The notes under the pieces are model-generated. The model had not been told where the DNA came from. It saw nothing but the letters and a program-made list of their open reading frames with translations, and searched no databases. From contig CBDBHR010000030.1 of the NCBI GenBank assembly GCA_965205865.1, positions 1,191,866 to 1,255,865 of the forward strand: a stretch of 64,000 nt of DNA, written 5' to 3'. A program made the position numbers and the translations under genes. This DNA comes from a bacterium. GTDB taxonomy: Bacteria > SAR324 > NAC60-12. Each line of letters begins with the position of its first letter. Positions within the stretch are counted from its first letter, which is position 1. Shown here one piece after another: positions 9,984 to 20,700 of the stretch.

Positions 9984-10934
9984 ATGAAAATCGTGATTGA
10001 TATAGCGTTGGAAGCAGATCTTCGTGAACTGATTCAAGAAGCCGCCGCTGACAATGACGTTCTCTTTTTAAAGGATAAGAAGGAACTGATCCCGGAAAGC
10101 AAAGCAGTAGAAATTTATTATGGATTCTGTCACGAAGAAATCTTTCCACATCTTGTCGACTTGAAGTGGATTCAGTCCCACGGCGCAGGCGTGGAGCAAC
10201 AACTGTTTCCGGCATTGCGGGAGAGCCATGTCGTCATCACCAATGCGGCTGGTATGTACGGGACCCAGGTTGCGGATCAGGGATTTGCGCTTTTACTCGC
10301 TTTGACACGTAAACTTCACTATTCCACCCGATTCCAGGACAAACGCCAATGGCAGTTGAACCTCCTCAGCAAATCGGTGATCGAAATCGGCGGGATGACC
10401 ATCGGCATTATAGGCATGGGGGGTATCGGACGGCACATGGCCAGGCGAGCCAGGGGCTTCGAAATGATTGTCATCGCCGTAGACCCTTACCTTAGAGAGA
10501 AGCCGGAACATTGCGATGAATTAGTTGGAATGGATCAATTGCCTGAAATCATCAGTCGAGTTGACGTGATCATGATCGCCTGTCCGCTGACCGATGAAAC
10601 GCGTGGATTGATCAATGCGGAAATGTTGGCGTTGATGAAACCAACGGCCTATCTCATCAATGTCGCGCGCGGACCGATTCATGACGAGTCCGCCTTGATC
10701 GAAGTCCTCAATCAGCATAAAATCACGGGTGCGGGTTTGGATGTGACAGCCGTCGAACCGCTCCCGCAAGATAGTCCGTTGTGGGACATGGACAATGTCA
10801 TCATCAGCCCTCACGTGGGAGGATATTCCCAACACCGTCCTCGCCGCACCGTCGAGTTATTCTGCGAAAATTTGAACCGGTATCTGAAAGGGGACTCTTT
10901 AAAAAACGTCGTGAACAAAGAGTTGGGGTTTTAG
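9984..10934 (+). CDS. D-isomer-specific 2-hydroxyacid dehydrogenase family (NAD-binding)
   Basis: GIIGMGGIGRHMA matches GxGxxG; NVARGPIHDESAL...GAGLDV matches the catalytic region. Confidence 0.8.
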   Translation: MKIVIDIALEADLRELIQEAAADNDVLFLKDKKELIPESKAVEIYYGFCHEEIFPHLVDLKWIQSHGAGVEQQLFPALRESHVVITNAAGMYGTQVADQGFALLLALTRKLHYSTRFQDKRQWQLNLLSKSVIEIGGMTIGIIGMGGIGRHMARRARGFEMIVIAVDPYLREKPEHCDELVGMDQLPEIISRVDVIMIACPLTDETRGLINAEMLALMKPTAYLINVARGPIHDESALIEVLNQHKITGAGLDVTAVEPLPQDSPLWDMDNVIISPHVGGYSQHRPRRTVELFCENLNRYLKGDSLKNVVNKELGF

Positions 10935-11033
10935 AGGGGTGAAGGAGATATCCCGGGTGAAAGGGGTCCAAGTTCCCTCGGGCTGTTCAGGAGGAAGGTT
11001 GGGGGTCCAGCCCTGAGGAGATAAAAAATTTCC

Positions 11034-12503
11034 ATGATGCGAACAATCGCAATCCATAGAAAAGGTAGATTGGGAGTTCGGCCCCGAAGAAACAATCGGT
11101 TCGTAGGTTTTTTCGGAGTGGCTCTTGTACTGGCAGGGTGCGTTAATGTACAGCCTGAAGGTTCCCACAGGCCGCAGAGGGAGTGGGAAATGCCGCAAGT
11201 TCCCATCACGGTGGAGTCGAAACCTCTCAGGGTGGATACTCGTCCCTGCACCGGTTCATTTATTCCTCGTTATTTGTCTCATGACACCCTCGCAACTTCC
11301 GGCCTGTATGGCTATGTAAAAAGCATCACCCGTGGAATGTCCGGTCGCATTGGATTTTATCTGAGCAATGGGGCAGGTGTGGCATTGGCAGACCTGGACA
11401 ACGATGGTTTCATCGATATAGTCTTACCGGGGTTGCATGCGCCGACCAGCATTTACTGGAACCTGGGGGGGATGAAATTTCGATACGAGCAGCTGGACGC
11501 AAAATTCGCACGGGCGGTCAACGTGGTCGATGTGGATGGCGATGGTTTGCCAGACTTGGTATTCACTCATGTGGCAGGCCCGCCCTCGTTGTGGCGTGCT
11601 GGTGCCGGAGCATCAGGACCGGCATATACGCGTCTTTCAGATGATGAATTCCGCGGCGCCTTCAATCTCTATGCGATCGCTTGGGCGGATTTGGATGAGG
11701 ATGGAGATCTCGATATGGTAGGGGCTTCCTATGATTCGGAACTCAATCAACAAGGTCGCGGTTCAGGTGGGGTGTTCCTCTACATGAATGACGGTGGTGT
11801 TCTCACGCCTTTCCGTCTTTCCACCAATGCCACTGCCCTTGCTCTGATCCTCACTGATCTCAATGGGGATAGACGTCGCGACATCCTGGTAGGCAACGAC
11901 TTCCATCCGGCTGATGAAGTGCTTTTCAACACGCCCGAAGGCTGGATCAATGCGACTCCCTTCACCAGCACCACCACCAATACGATGAGCTTTGCGGAAG
12001 GAGACATCGATAACGATGGGATCCCGGAACTGCTGGCTACCGATATGAAGCCCTACCGTCAGGATGAAGCCATTGCGCATGCTTGGGCTCCGATGCTGGA
12101 AAACGAGCAAGGTTTGGAACCGGGGGACGGGGTGCAAATCGTGGCCAATGTTCTACAATCTCGTGAGCAGGGAGGCTTGGAATTTGTGGATCGTGCTGAA
12201 GAAGTCGGCGTGGACGCCACCGGTTGGAGTTGGTCGGCCCAATTTGGAGATCTGGACAACGATGGATTCCTCGACCTCTATGTCGTCAATGGCATGATTG
12301 CCATCCAACTTTTTGAGCATTTACCCGGTGACGAGTTGGTAGAAGAGAACCAAGCCCTGCGCAACGACGGAACCGGTCATTTCGTACCAGCTCTAGTTAA
12401 ATATCATTTAAAAAAGATTCCCGGAGAGGATCGATCGTTTTCAAGTCCTCCCACGATATTGTTCAATCGATCGGGAACCCTCTCGTTCATTAAAACAACT
12501 TAG
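11034..12503 (+). CDS. FG-GAP/VCBS-repeat lipoprotein (ASPIC/UnbV-like)
   Basis: LAGC lipobox. Six or more DxDGDGxxD-type repeats (DLDNDGFIDIV, VDVDGDGLPDLV, DLDEDGDLDMV, DIDNDGIPELL, DLDNDGFLDLYV). The last ~30 codons are supplied by a dispersed repeat element (from 12411). Confidence 0.7.
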   Translation: MMRTIAIHRKGRLGVRPRRNNRFVGFFGVALVLAGCVNVQPEGSHRPQREWEMPQVPITVESKPLRVDTRPCTGSFIPRYLSHDTLATSGLYGYVKSITRGMSGRIGFYLSNGAGVALADLDNDGFIDIVLPGLHAPTSIYWNLGGMKFRYEQLDAKFARAVNVVDVDGDGLPDLVFTHVAGPPSLWRAGAGASGPAYTRLSDDEFRGAFNLYAIAWADLDEDGDLDMVGASYDSELNQQGRGSGGVFLYMNDGGVLTPFRLSTNATALALILTDLNGDRRRDILVGNDFHPADEVLFNTPEGWINATPFTSTTTNTMSFAEGDIDNDGIPELLATDMKPYRQDEAIAHAWAPMLENEQGLEPGDGVQIVANVLQSREQGGLEFVDRAEEVGVDATGWSWSAQFGDLDNDGFLDLYVVNGMIAIQLFEHLPGDELVEENQALRNDGTGHFVPALVKYHLKKIPGEDRSFSSPPTILFNRSGTLSFIKTT

Positions 12504-12900
12504 CAAAGGCATCATTCTATTACACAAAAACCCAATGTCAACCCCCCAAGGCAAAATAAATGCGGGATTCGCAAAAAAAATAAAAAATCAATAAATCTGC
12601 TCAAATCCGGGGACAGTCAGAAGCCGTTCAGTTCAATAACGTTGAAAAAAGATTCCCGAGGAGTATCCATCACTTCACTTCCTCCCGCACTTATTTTGAA
12701 TCGAACGGGCGGGAACCCTCCCAAGATTTTGTTCAATCGATCAAGCGGGAACCCTTTTCTTCCCTAAAACAACAAGGCATGATTTTAGTACAACAACTAA
12801 CAACGCAGCTTCAAGCCCCCAAAAAAAAAATAAGCGGAGTCCGCGAAAAAAATAAAAAAACCATGAAGGGATCGATTGTTTTTTTAAGTTAGTTGGTCAA
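12411..12900. repeat. Dispersed repeat family, two tandem ~230-270-bp units; an inverted copy set lies at 28863-29110
   Basis: Shared blocks: aaaaagattcccgg..., ttgttcaatcgatc..gggaaccct, ctaaaacaac...atgattttagta, and caaaaaaaataaaaaa. Reverse-complement matches occur at 28863-29110. Confidence 0.7.
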
Positions 12901-13129
12901 GGTTTGGAAGACAACTATGAAGAGAGCGGGGGTACGTTGACCTGAGGAATGAACAGTTGCTTTCATTGGAATTGAAGAGGTGATTCGAGAGGGAGTCTAT
13001 GAGATTCAGATCAAGTTCTCAAATGGATTTCTCTTGAAGAGATTCAGAGATATCTTGAAAACAAAAAAAGACTGAAACGAACCATTTTGAAGTTTCCGGA
13101 GACACTCAGAAAGGATTGGAGCGAGAAAC

Positions 13130-14030
13130 TAGGTAAGCTCATAATTTTCCCTTCCGTTCAAAACTTATCCTTCGCAATAAGCTTACCGGCGAGAACTGTT
13201 CCCATGCGCCACGCAGATAAGGCTTCGAGTCCTCCGGCAATGACTTGCCAGGCTTCTACGCTCTTTGCACTTCGATGGCGCATGCTTCTCCGTTGATATC
13301 CCATTCGGCTCCACGTCGACCGGACATCAGGTGACCACTGGGAATAGCTTCCAGGTGATTGGCAAGAGTTTCCGTCTTGATAAACTGATCAAATCGCGTG
13401 ACTGCTGTTTGCACGAATTGTGAAGTTTGATAACGAACATGAATACGCGCCATCACGTCGAACGCCTGCTCTTTTCTCATATTCTGTACTTTATTGACGA
13501 ATTCCCGGGCAAATCCTTCCTGTTGCAAGTCAATTGTCAGTTCCGTATTCAGGGCAACGGTCACATTGTTTTCCGTCTGCGCCAGTAAGCCTTCTTTTTC
13601 ATGACGTTGCAAAAGCACGTCTTCGGGTGCTAAGATAATAGTTTCTCCATCCAACTCCAATGTCGTCCGTTTGCCATCCCGCAGCCGAAAAATAGCGGAG
13701 GAATCGAGCTCCACAATGGTTCGGGCGACTTGTTTCATGCGAACTCCGAGCTTCGGTCCGAGCACACTGTAATTGGCCTTGGCGCTGTAAGTCACTAAAT
13801 CTTCTTCATTATCAGCCACGACGACTTTCTTGATATTCAACTCTTCCGTGATCAATTCTTCCATGTCGTTCAAAATCGCTACGGCTTCCGGGTCACGGGT
13901 CACCAGAAAAATGCTGGCAAGGGGTTGTCGTATTTTCAATTGATGCTTGTTACGCAAGGCGCGTCCCATGCTGACTGCCGAGAGCACCAATTCCATTTTC
14001 TTTTCGATTGCAGGGTCCCGATATTGGGGT
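13130..14030 (-). pseudogene. ileS: Duplicated 3' fragment of ileS (last ~246 codons plus 3' UTR), detached from the gene
   Basis: Nucleotide sequence 13130-14023 is near-identical to 17660-18550. ORF 13256..13996 equals the C-terminus of the 1044-aa IleRS. Homology stops abruptly at about 14023. Confidence 0.85.
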
Positions 14031-14037
14031 CAGGCTG

Positions 14038-15642
14038 TGCGCCAGGAAAGCTGGCAAGAAATAGAGAGTGAAAGTCTCTTACTCGGTAAGGCAGTAACGA
14101 CCCGCCGAGTCCCCGAGTCATGAGTGGTTATTCGCAAGGATAGGCGCTAAGCGTTGACAGGGGAGAACATAGGCTCGGTATTGAGCTCCGAAATCATAGT
14201 CTCAGGCGCTGACCTTGTGGTCTGGTGGGGAAGGCAATATCAACCGAAGGCGTTAGCGTGAGTCTCGGCTGAGCCTGGCGGAGTCAAAGACCCGGTGCAT
14301 GTGTGGAAGTTTCTTGATCGGAACCTGGGAGATCCTGAAGACGACTGTCAACATTCTATTGGTAGTCGGATCGGGAAAATTAATAAATAACCCCGATATC
14401 TACGTCTTCAGGAAGTCGGACAAGTTCGTAGTAGCGTGAGCAGCCGACAAGGCTGTGGATTTTGGAGAGTGAAAGTCTCTCTGTCGTCAGTTTCCCATTC
14501 GGGCGACTAGCATATCCGGTGCGCTTAGCAGGTAACTGCTTTGCGTTCTGCCCGGAAGTAAAAGTCACCGTCTGCTTTGGACGAGAGTCCATAGTGGGAG
14601 CCAACAGGGTGGCGAGCAAACCTGGAGGCCTGAACATTAGTGAATGATTGCAGCTCCGAAAGAGACTTCCGTCGTGAATTGGCTTGACGGTGTGTTGCCC
14701 AACCGCCGACCCGCTCGCTACTCGGGGAAGGCCGAAGTTCCAAGGGAAGTAATGGGAACAGGCACCTTGGAGGGAGCCGGAGTATGGATCCAAGCATCCA
14801 GGGAAAGATCCACAGAGATAACGTCGGGAAGGGCCAACTTCCAGCAGGGACTCGCAATAACCTGCAAGGACCTACCGTATAGGGTAACACCGAAATCGGC
14901 AGGAGGATTTTGGTCTGGCGCATGAGTCCGTATGAGCGATGAAGACCGGGTAACGCTGGTCGAGGGGATGCTTGGACATCTCCCTTTTGGAGGTAACACC
15001 TCTAAAAGGCAAAGGGGCTCTCGGTAAATGGCGGGCATTTCATGAACCACTGCCGAACTTGTGTCGGTCAAGAGTGTCACCACAAAGAATGTCGAGCTGG
15101 AGATCAAATCACTCACTCCAGGGGTGAATGCAGGCGAGTGCTTAAGCTTCGGATTGGGTGGGAAGGGTTTCTGGGGAAACGCTGTTGCTGCCAACCGGAC
15201 TCGGGAAATCCGACCGTCCGGGATGAGAGGGGGGCTTGCGGAAACGTGATGCAGGGTCTGACGCCCTTTTGCCACGAAACCGGAAACGGGGGATACATTG
15301 GAAGTCGTTGACCTAAACATGCGCGCGCCGTATTTCTACCCGGCATGAAGCGGCGAACAATGAGATCATTTGCAGAGAGTAACAATGCAAAGGAAATCAA
15401 CGGAGCCTGTGGAGCAAAGGGACTTGGCTGAGAGGAATTCTGCTTGCCCTCCTGTGTTCGGAACTCAGAGGCCGTAAAATCAGAGAGCGGTTTAAGCAGG
15501 GTGCGCCAAACGGCAACGTTTGAGCGTCTGACTCGAAGCAGGAGCCGGATGCGTTAGCAGCGCACGTCCGGATCTGTACCGGAGGAATGACGAAAGGTGG
15601 CTGGAAACCACTATAAGTCAGTTCTTTACGGTGACTGCATAC
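14038..15642 (+). ncRNA. Group II intron RNA, apparently ORF-less (no intron-encoded RT/maturase); 3' boundary approximate
   Basis: Starts GUGCG at 14038, followed by the GCCAG-GAAA-CUGGC hairpin (DI). The D3-like block ...gggtaacgc...ggcaaagggg resembles Ll.LtrB-type IIA introns. Domain V candidate at 15542-15575: GAGCCGGAUGCG-loop-CGCACGUCCGGAUC with the AGC triad. The D6-like region follows. No ORF with RT motifs exists on either strand. Confidence 0.55.
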
Positions 15643-15826
15643 TTGTATTTAAATCGTGAAATGCCACTCAGACAAAGGACTGAGACTTTGTTCCTTTCTG
15701 AGACCTTCCTTGCTGAACAGACAACGCATTGCTTTTCAAACCTAGATGAGAGTCAATCTTCAGATAGATGAAAAACTCATGCACTTTAGACAATTTCTTA
15801 ATACAAATACCCCAGCCTGCCCCCAT

Positions 15827-16999
15827 TTATGTGTTCGTCCTTTTTTTCGCATAGGACTTGAGTTTAGATTGATATTCGCTGATTCGGTGGTCCTTTCCAG
15901 CAATAGATGGGCCATTGGCAATCATCCTCCTGGCCAACCGAAAGACGCGAAATGGCATACCGAGGTTTGGAATGACTTTGAGCTTGGAGACATTCATCTC
16001 ACAAGCCGTCAGGTAGCGCATATCACCTTGATGCATGTAACCGCAGAAATTCCGTTCCAAACAATCCGCCAGTTCGCGATTTATAAAGGAAACAAGGAAG
16101 ACAATACAATGAGTCACCCAAGAGGGCGGTACGCGGGGAACACCATCTGCTGCGTTGACGATACGGTATATTGGCGCGCGAATCTCTTCACCGAATTCCT
16201 CATTGCCCACACGCGGACTGCCATACGTGTAGCAGGCGGCTAGCGAATCACGTTCCAATTCCTCGCATGCGACAACTGCAAGAGCGCCACCCAGGGAATG
16301 ACCGGTAATATAGAGGGAAAAACCTTCCGGTAAATTATCGACTGCGGATTTGACTTGATCACTTACCTGATTGTACGCGGCTCGGAAACCGCTATGAATT
16401 TTAACGCCCGCTTCGCCCTTGTAAAATCGGGTATTCAAATCTGTCTTGACGTCATTCCAACTATTCGCTTCAGTACCGCGAAACGCGAGAACGGCGATTT
16501 TATCTTTTTCGCGTCCAGCAAGAAATGCCTGCGTATCGTTTATGTTGAAGGTACAAATAAGATTGAAACAGGCATCAGCAAGAGCGTCTTTTAGTTTCTG
16601 AAGACCGGGAGGCGTCTTAGCGTCGCCATCGAGTTTTTGGGCGATATAATTCTTCAGATTTTCTTCCAGTTCCGTAATTCGTCCGGCCGTTCCCTCTCCT
16701 CTATCTTTTTTCCATGCAATTTTTGCAAGCTTGGCTATTGCATCGAGTACTTCCTTGAACTGGTATTCGCCCTCGAATTGCAAATATGCAAGCGCACTCA
16801 TCTCGCTCATCATCCAAGCCGTGCGATCACTGTATGCAGCCCGGTTTGTCGGCAAGACTTTCAAATTTTCCGGTACATTAAAGTAATCACTCATTTTGTG
16901 CGCTATCGTATTACAGTGTTTATCGAAGGGATGTTTGCTTAGATTGCAAGCCCAGTCTCGAAATGGTCTCCCGATGTGGTTTTCCCGGACGTCAAGCAT
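15827..16999 (-). CDS. Class-3 (fungal-type) lipase family alpha/beta hydrolase
   Basis: GHSLGGALA nucleophile elbow, YTYGSPRVGN, and downstream D/H residues fit the Lipase_3 fold. Confidence 0.75.
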   Translation of the reverse strand: MLDVRENHIGRPFRDWACNLSKHPFDKHCNTIAHKMSDYFNVPENLKVLPTNRAAYSDRTAWMMSEMSALAYLQFEGEYQFKEVLDAIAKLAKIAWKKDRGEGTAGRITELEENLKNYIAQKLDGDAKTPPGLQKLKDALADACFNLICTFNINDTQAFLAGREKDKIAVLAFRGTEANSWNDVKTDLNTRFYKGEAGVKIHSGFRAAYNQVSDQVKSAVDNLPEGFSLYITGHSLGGALAVVACEELERDSLAACYTYGSPRVGNEEFGEEIRAPIYRIVNAADGVPRVPPSWVTHCIVFLVSFINRELADCLERNFCGYMHQGDMRYLTACEMNVSKLKVIPNLGMPFRVFRLARRMIANGPSIAGKDHRISEYQSKLKSYAKKRTNT

Positions 17000-17196
17000 C
17001 CCGCAAGAACATGGATTTTAAAAAAAAACATTTTCATGTTCCTCTTTTTATTCAGAATTGCTCAACTCGAGTAAGAGTTAAAGCAGGGATGACAGGCTCG
17101 GTAATTTTCGAGCAATATTCACTGCTGTTTTTCCCAGAGCTTTCACTTGTTTCACCAAGGCGGCCTGATTGAGATTTTGTTGCGTCGCTTCCTGCA

Positions 17197-17658
17197 CTAG
17201 TGTATTGCCTGTTTAATACATTTGTATTATTGGTCATTTGGTAGACAGGTTTGAGTTTGTTGATAATTTCTTCGGCAGTTTTAGTCCAAACATATGGTTT
17301 TGGGTTGCGATTGTGCGCTTCGATGTAACTATGGATGGCTTCGGTCAACTCGAGCACGCTTTTGAAGGCGCCTCGCCGTCGCCACTTTCCAACGGAATTG
17401 CCGCTGGTTCCAAGCGTTTTGGCAATCTCTTGATTCTTAAGGCCATCAGCAGCCAACAGGATGATGCGCGCACGAAGAGCGTCTCGCATCGCTCCGGTCT
17501 GACGGCGTGCGGTTTTGCTCAATTCATCCCGTTCTTCCCGGGTCAGTTTTATACTTGGCGCTTTCCTAATGCTGTCTCCATATATGCAAATAAAAAGACA
17601 GCTCTAGTATAGCAAACCAAGGAATTATTTACACATTAATAAAAGAGCGACACACTAG
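17197..17658 (-). mobile_element. Internally deleted IS630 derivative (MITE-like), ~462 bp
   Basis: Both termini are identical to the 914-2097 element, but about 725 bp of the interior (corresponding to ~1090-1815) is missing. The remnant ORF fuses the transposase N-terminal HTH to its C-terminal tail (17052..17522). Confidence 0.8.
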
Positions 17659-17781
17659 GTAAGCTCATAATTATCCCTTCCGTTCAATACTTATCCTTCG
17701 CAACAAGCTTACCTGCGAGAACTGTTCCCATGCGCCACGCAGATGAGGCTTCGAGTCCTCCGGCAATGACTTGCCAGGCTT

Positions 17782-20700
17782 CTACGCTCTTTGCACTTCG
17801 ATGGCGCATGCTTCTCCGTTGATATCCCATTCGGTTCCACGTCGACCGGACATCAGGTGACCACTGGGAATAGCTTCCAGGTGATTGGCAAGAGTTTCCG
17901 TCTTGATAAACTGATCAAATCGCGTGACTGCTGTTTGCACGGATTGTGAAGTTTGATAACGAACATGAATACGCGCCATCACGTCGAACGCCTGCTCTTT
18001 TCTCATATTCTGTACTTTATTGACGAATTCCCGGGCAAATCCTTCTTGTTGCAAGTCAATTGTCAGTTCCGTATTCAGGGCAACGGTCACATTGTTTTCC
18101 GTCTGCGCCAGTAAGCCTTCTTTTTCATGACGTTGCAAAAGCACGTCTTCGGGTGCTAAGATAATAGTTTCTCCATCCAACTCCAATGTCGTCCGTTTGC
18201 CATCCCGCAGCCGAAAAATAGCGGAGGAATCGAGCTCCGCAATGGTTCGGGCGACTTGTTTCATGCGAACTCCGAGCTTCGGTCCGAGCACCCTGTAATT
18301 GGCCTTGGCGCTGTAAGTCACTAAATCTTCTTCATTGTCAGCCACGACGACTTTCTTGATATTCAACTCTTCCGTGATCAATTCTTCCATGTCGTTCAAA
18401 ATCGCTACGGCTTCCGGGTCACGGGTCACCAGAAAAATGCTGGCAAGGGGTTGTCGTATTTTCAATTGATGCTTGTTACGCAAGGCGCGTCCCATGCTGA
18501 CTGCCGAGAGCACCAATTCCATTTTCTTTTCGATTGCAGGGTCCCGATAGCGTCTCCGGACTTGGGGAAAGTTCGCCAGGTGCACGCTCTCTTCATCTCG
18601 TTCGTTTCGCAGATTGCGGTAAATTCCTTCGGCAATAAAGGGCACAAAGGGTGCGATCACTTTGGAGAGCTCCACTAAGACCTGATAAAGTACCGCATAG
18701 GCTTCCTGCTTGTCTTTTCCCTGTCCCGCCTTCCAAAATCGGCGGCGGCTGCGTCTAATATACCAATTGGTCAACAAGTCGATGAAGCCCACGAAAGGAG
18801 CAACGGATTTATTCAAATCGTAGGCGTCCATGCTGGCTCTCACTGTTTCGATCAGTCCCTGCAATTTGGACAATATCCAGCGATCCAGGGGATTGGAGGG
18901 CATGCTCAGTATTTCCCCGGAGGGCTGCCAGCGGTCGATAGCGGCATAGGTGGTCAGAAAGGCCAGAGCATTCCAAAGGGGCAGCAAAATAGAACGGGTG
19001 GTGTCCACCAGTCCTTTTTCCGAAAACCTGAGATCGTCTCCGCGTACTGCCGGGGAATTGAGCATGTAGAGACGAATGGCATCCGCTCCATATTGGTCCA
19101 ACATGTTGATAGGATCCGGATAGTTTTTCAGTCGTTTGCTCATTTTTTTACCATCTTCAGCCAGGACGAGTCCGTTGACGATGACATTGTGAAAGGCCGG
19201 TTTGTTGTACAATGCCGTCCCGACGACGACCAGAGAATAGAACCAGCCTCTTGTTTGATCCAACCCCTCACAAATAAAATCCGCAGGGAAATTGGCGTCA
19301 AATCTTTCTTTGTTTTCAAAAGGGTAATGTTCCTGACCATAGGGCATAGAGCCGGATTCGAACCAACAATCGAGCACTTCGGGAATCCGCTTATATATTT
19401 TGTCATTTTGAACTATCACCAGATCGTCCACCAAGTGTTTGTGCAAATCTTCCACTTTTTGTCCGCTCGCTTCTTCCAGTTCTGCCACGCTACCGAAACA
19501 GAGACAATCTCCATCCTCACTCTTCCAAATCGGCAATGGGGTTCCCCAGAAACGATTTCGACTGATGGCCCAGTCTCTCGCATTTTCCAACCATTTGCCA
19601 AAACGTCCATCCCGGATGTGCCCCGGTACCCAATGAATGGTCTGATTATTTTGCACCATCTGGTCTTTGATTGCTTCCACCTTGACGAACCAGGTCGAGA
19701 TGGCTTTATAGATGAGGGGGGTGTCCGTTCGCCAGCAGAAGGGATAACTGTGTTCGATGGTTTCGTGTCTGAGAATTTTGTTCTTGTCTTTCAAATAGCG
19801 GATGATCGTTTTGTCGGCCGCCTTGATATTCAACCCTGCCAGGAATCCCATGTAGGATTGAAAATTTCCGTCATCGTCCACCGGGTCGAACAGGGGTAAA
19901 CCTTCCCGCAGGCCAATCCGCAAGTCATCTTCACCAAAGGCTGGCGCTTGGTGGACAATGCCGGTTCCACTTTCATCACTGATATAATCGTCGACCAGCA
20001 CCCGCCATACCCGGCTGCTGTCCACTCGTCCAATGGCAAAGTCAAACGGTGGATGATAAGTTTTGTTCCGCAAATCGCTGCCTTTCAAGGCGTCAAGCAC
20101 TTCATATTCACCGGCTTGCCAATAAGCAGGTATGCGGTTGGTTGCCAGGTAATAGTTTTCTCCACTGGCCTTTTCCCTGATTTTGACGTAATCTATTTCC
20201 GCTCCGACACAGCATGCCAGATTTGCGGGGATGGTCCAGGGAGTGGTGGTCCATCCTAAATAATAAGTGTTTTCCTCATCAGTCGCCTGGCATTTGAAAG
20301 TAATCGAAGGATCCTGCGTCTCCTGATAGTTGAGGTTGGCTTCGAAATTGGAAAGAGGAGTTGAAAGCCGCCAGGAATAAGGCACCACTTTTCTGCCTTC
20401 GTAGATGAGATTCTTCTGCCATAATTGTTTCATCACCCACCAAACAGATTCCATGTAGGAGCGATCCATGGTTTTGTAATCGTTGTCAAAATCTACCCAA
20501 CGGGCCATACGATCCACGGTTTCCCGCCATTCCCTGGTGTATCGTAATACGATTTTGCGACATGCTTCATTGTAATTCCCTATACCAAATTCGATGATAT
20601 CCGGACGCCCTTCTAATTGGAGCGCTTGTTCCACCTCAAACTCGACCGGCAGTCCGTGGCAATCCCAACCAAAACGCCGTTCCACTCGATGGCCTCGCAT

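Noticed and set aside
10899-11251. Minus-strand ORFs overlapping the start of the FG-GAP gene
   Set aside because: Short, antisense to the supported CDS and intergenic region, with no motifs.
14718-15320. 200-aa minus-strand ORF inside the putative intron as a possible intron-encoded protein
   Set aside because: Low-complexity P/S-rich translation without RT (YADD) or maturase motifs, on the wrong strand for an IEP. Other ORFs in 14380-15400 are similar.
14038-15750. rRNA fragment or RNase P RNA as the explanation for the ORF-free structured region
   Set aside because: No match to conserved 16S/23S or RNase P core sequences recalled from memory. The GUGCG start, D3-like and D5-like motifs fit a group II intron better.
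19093-19899. 268-aa plus-strand ORF inside ileS
   Set aside because: Antisense to a highly conserved CDS, with no motifs.
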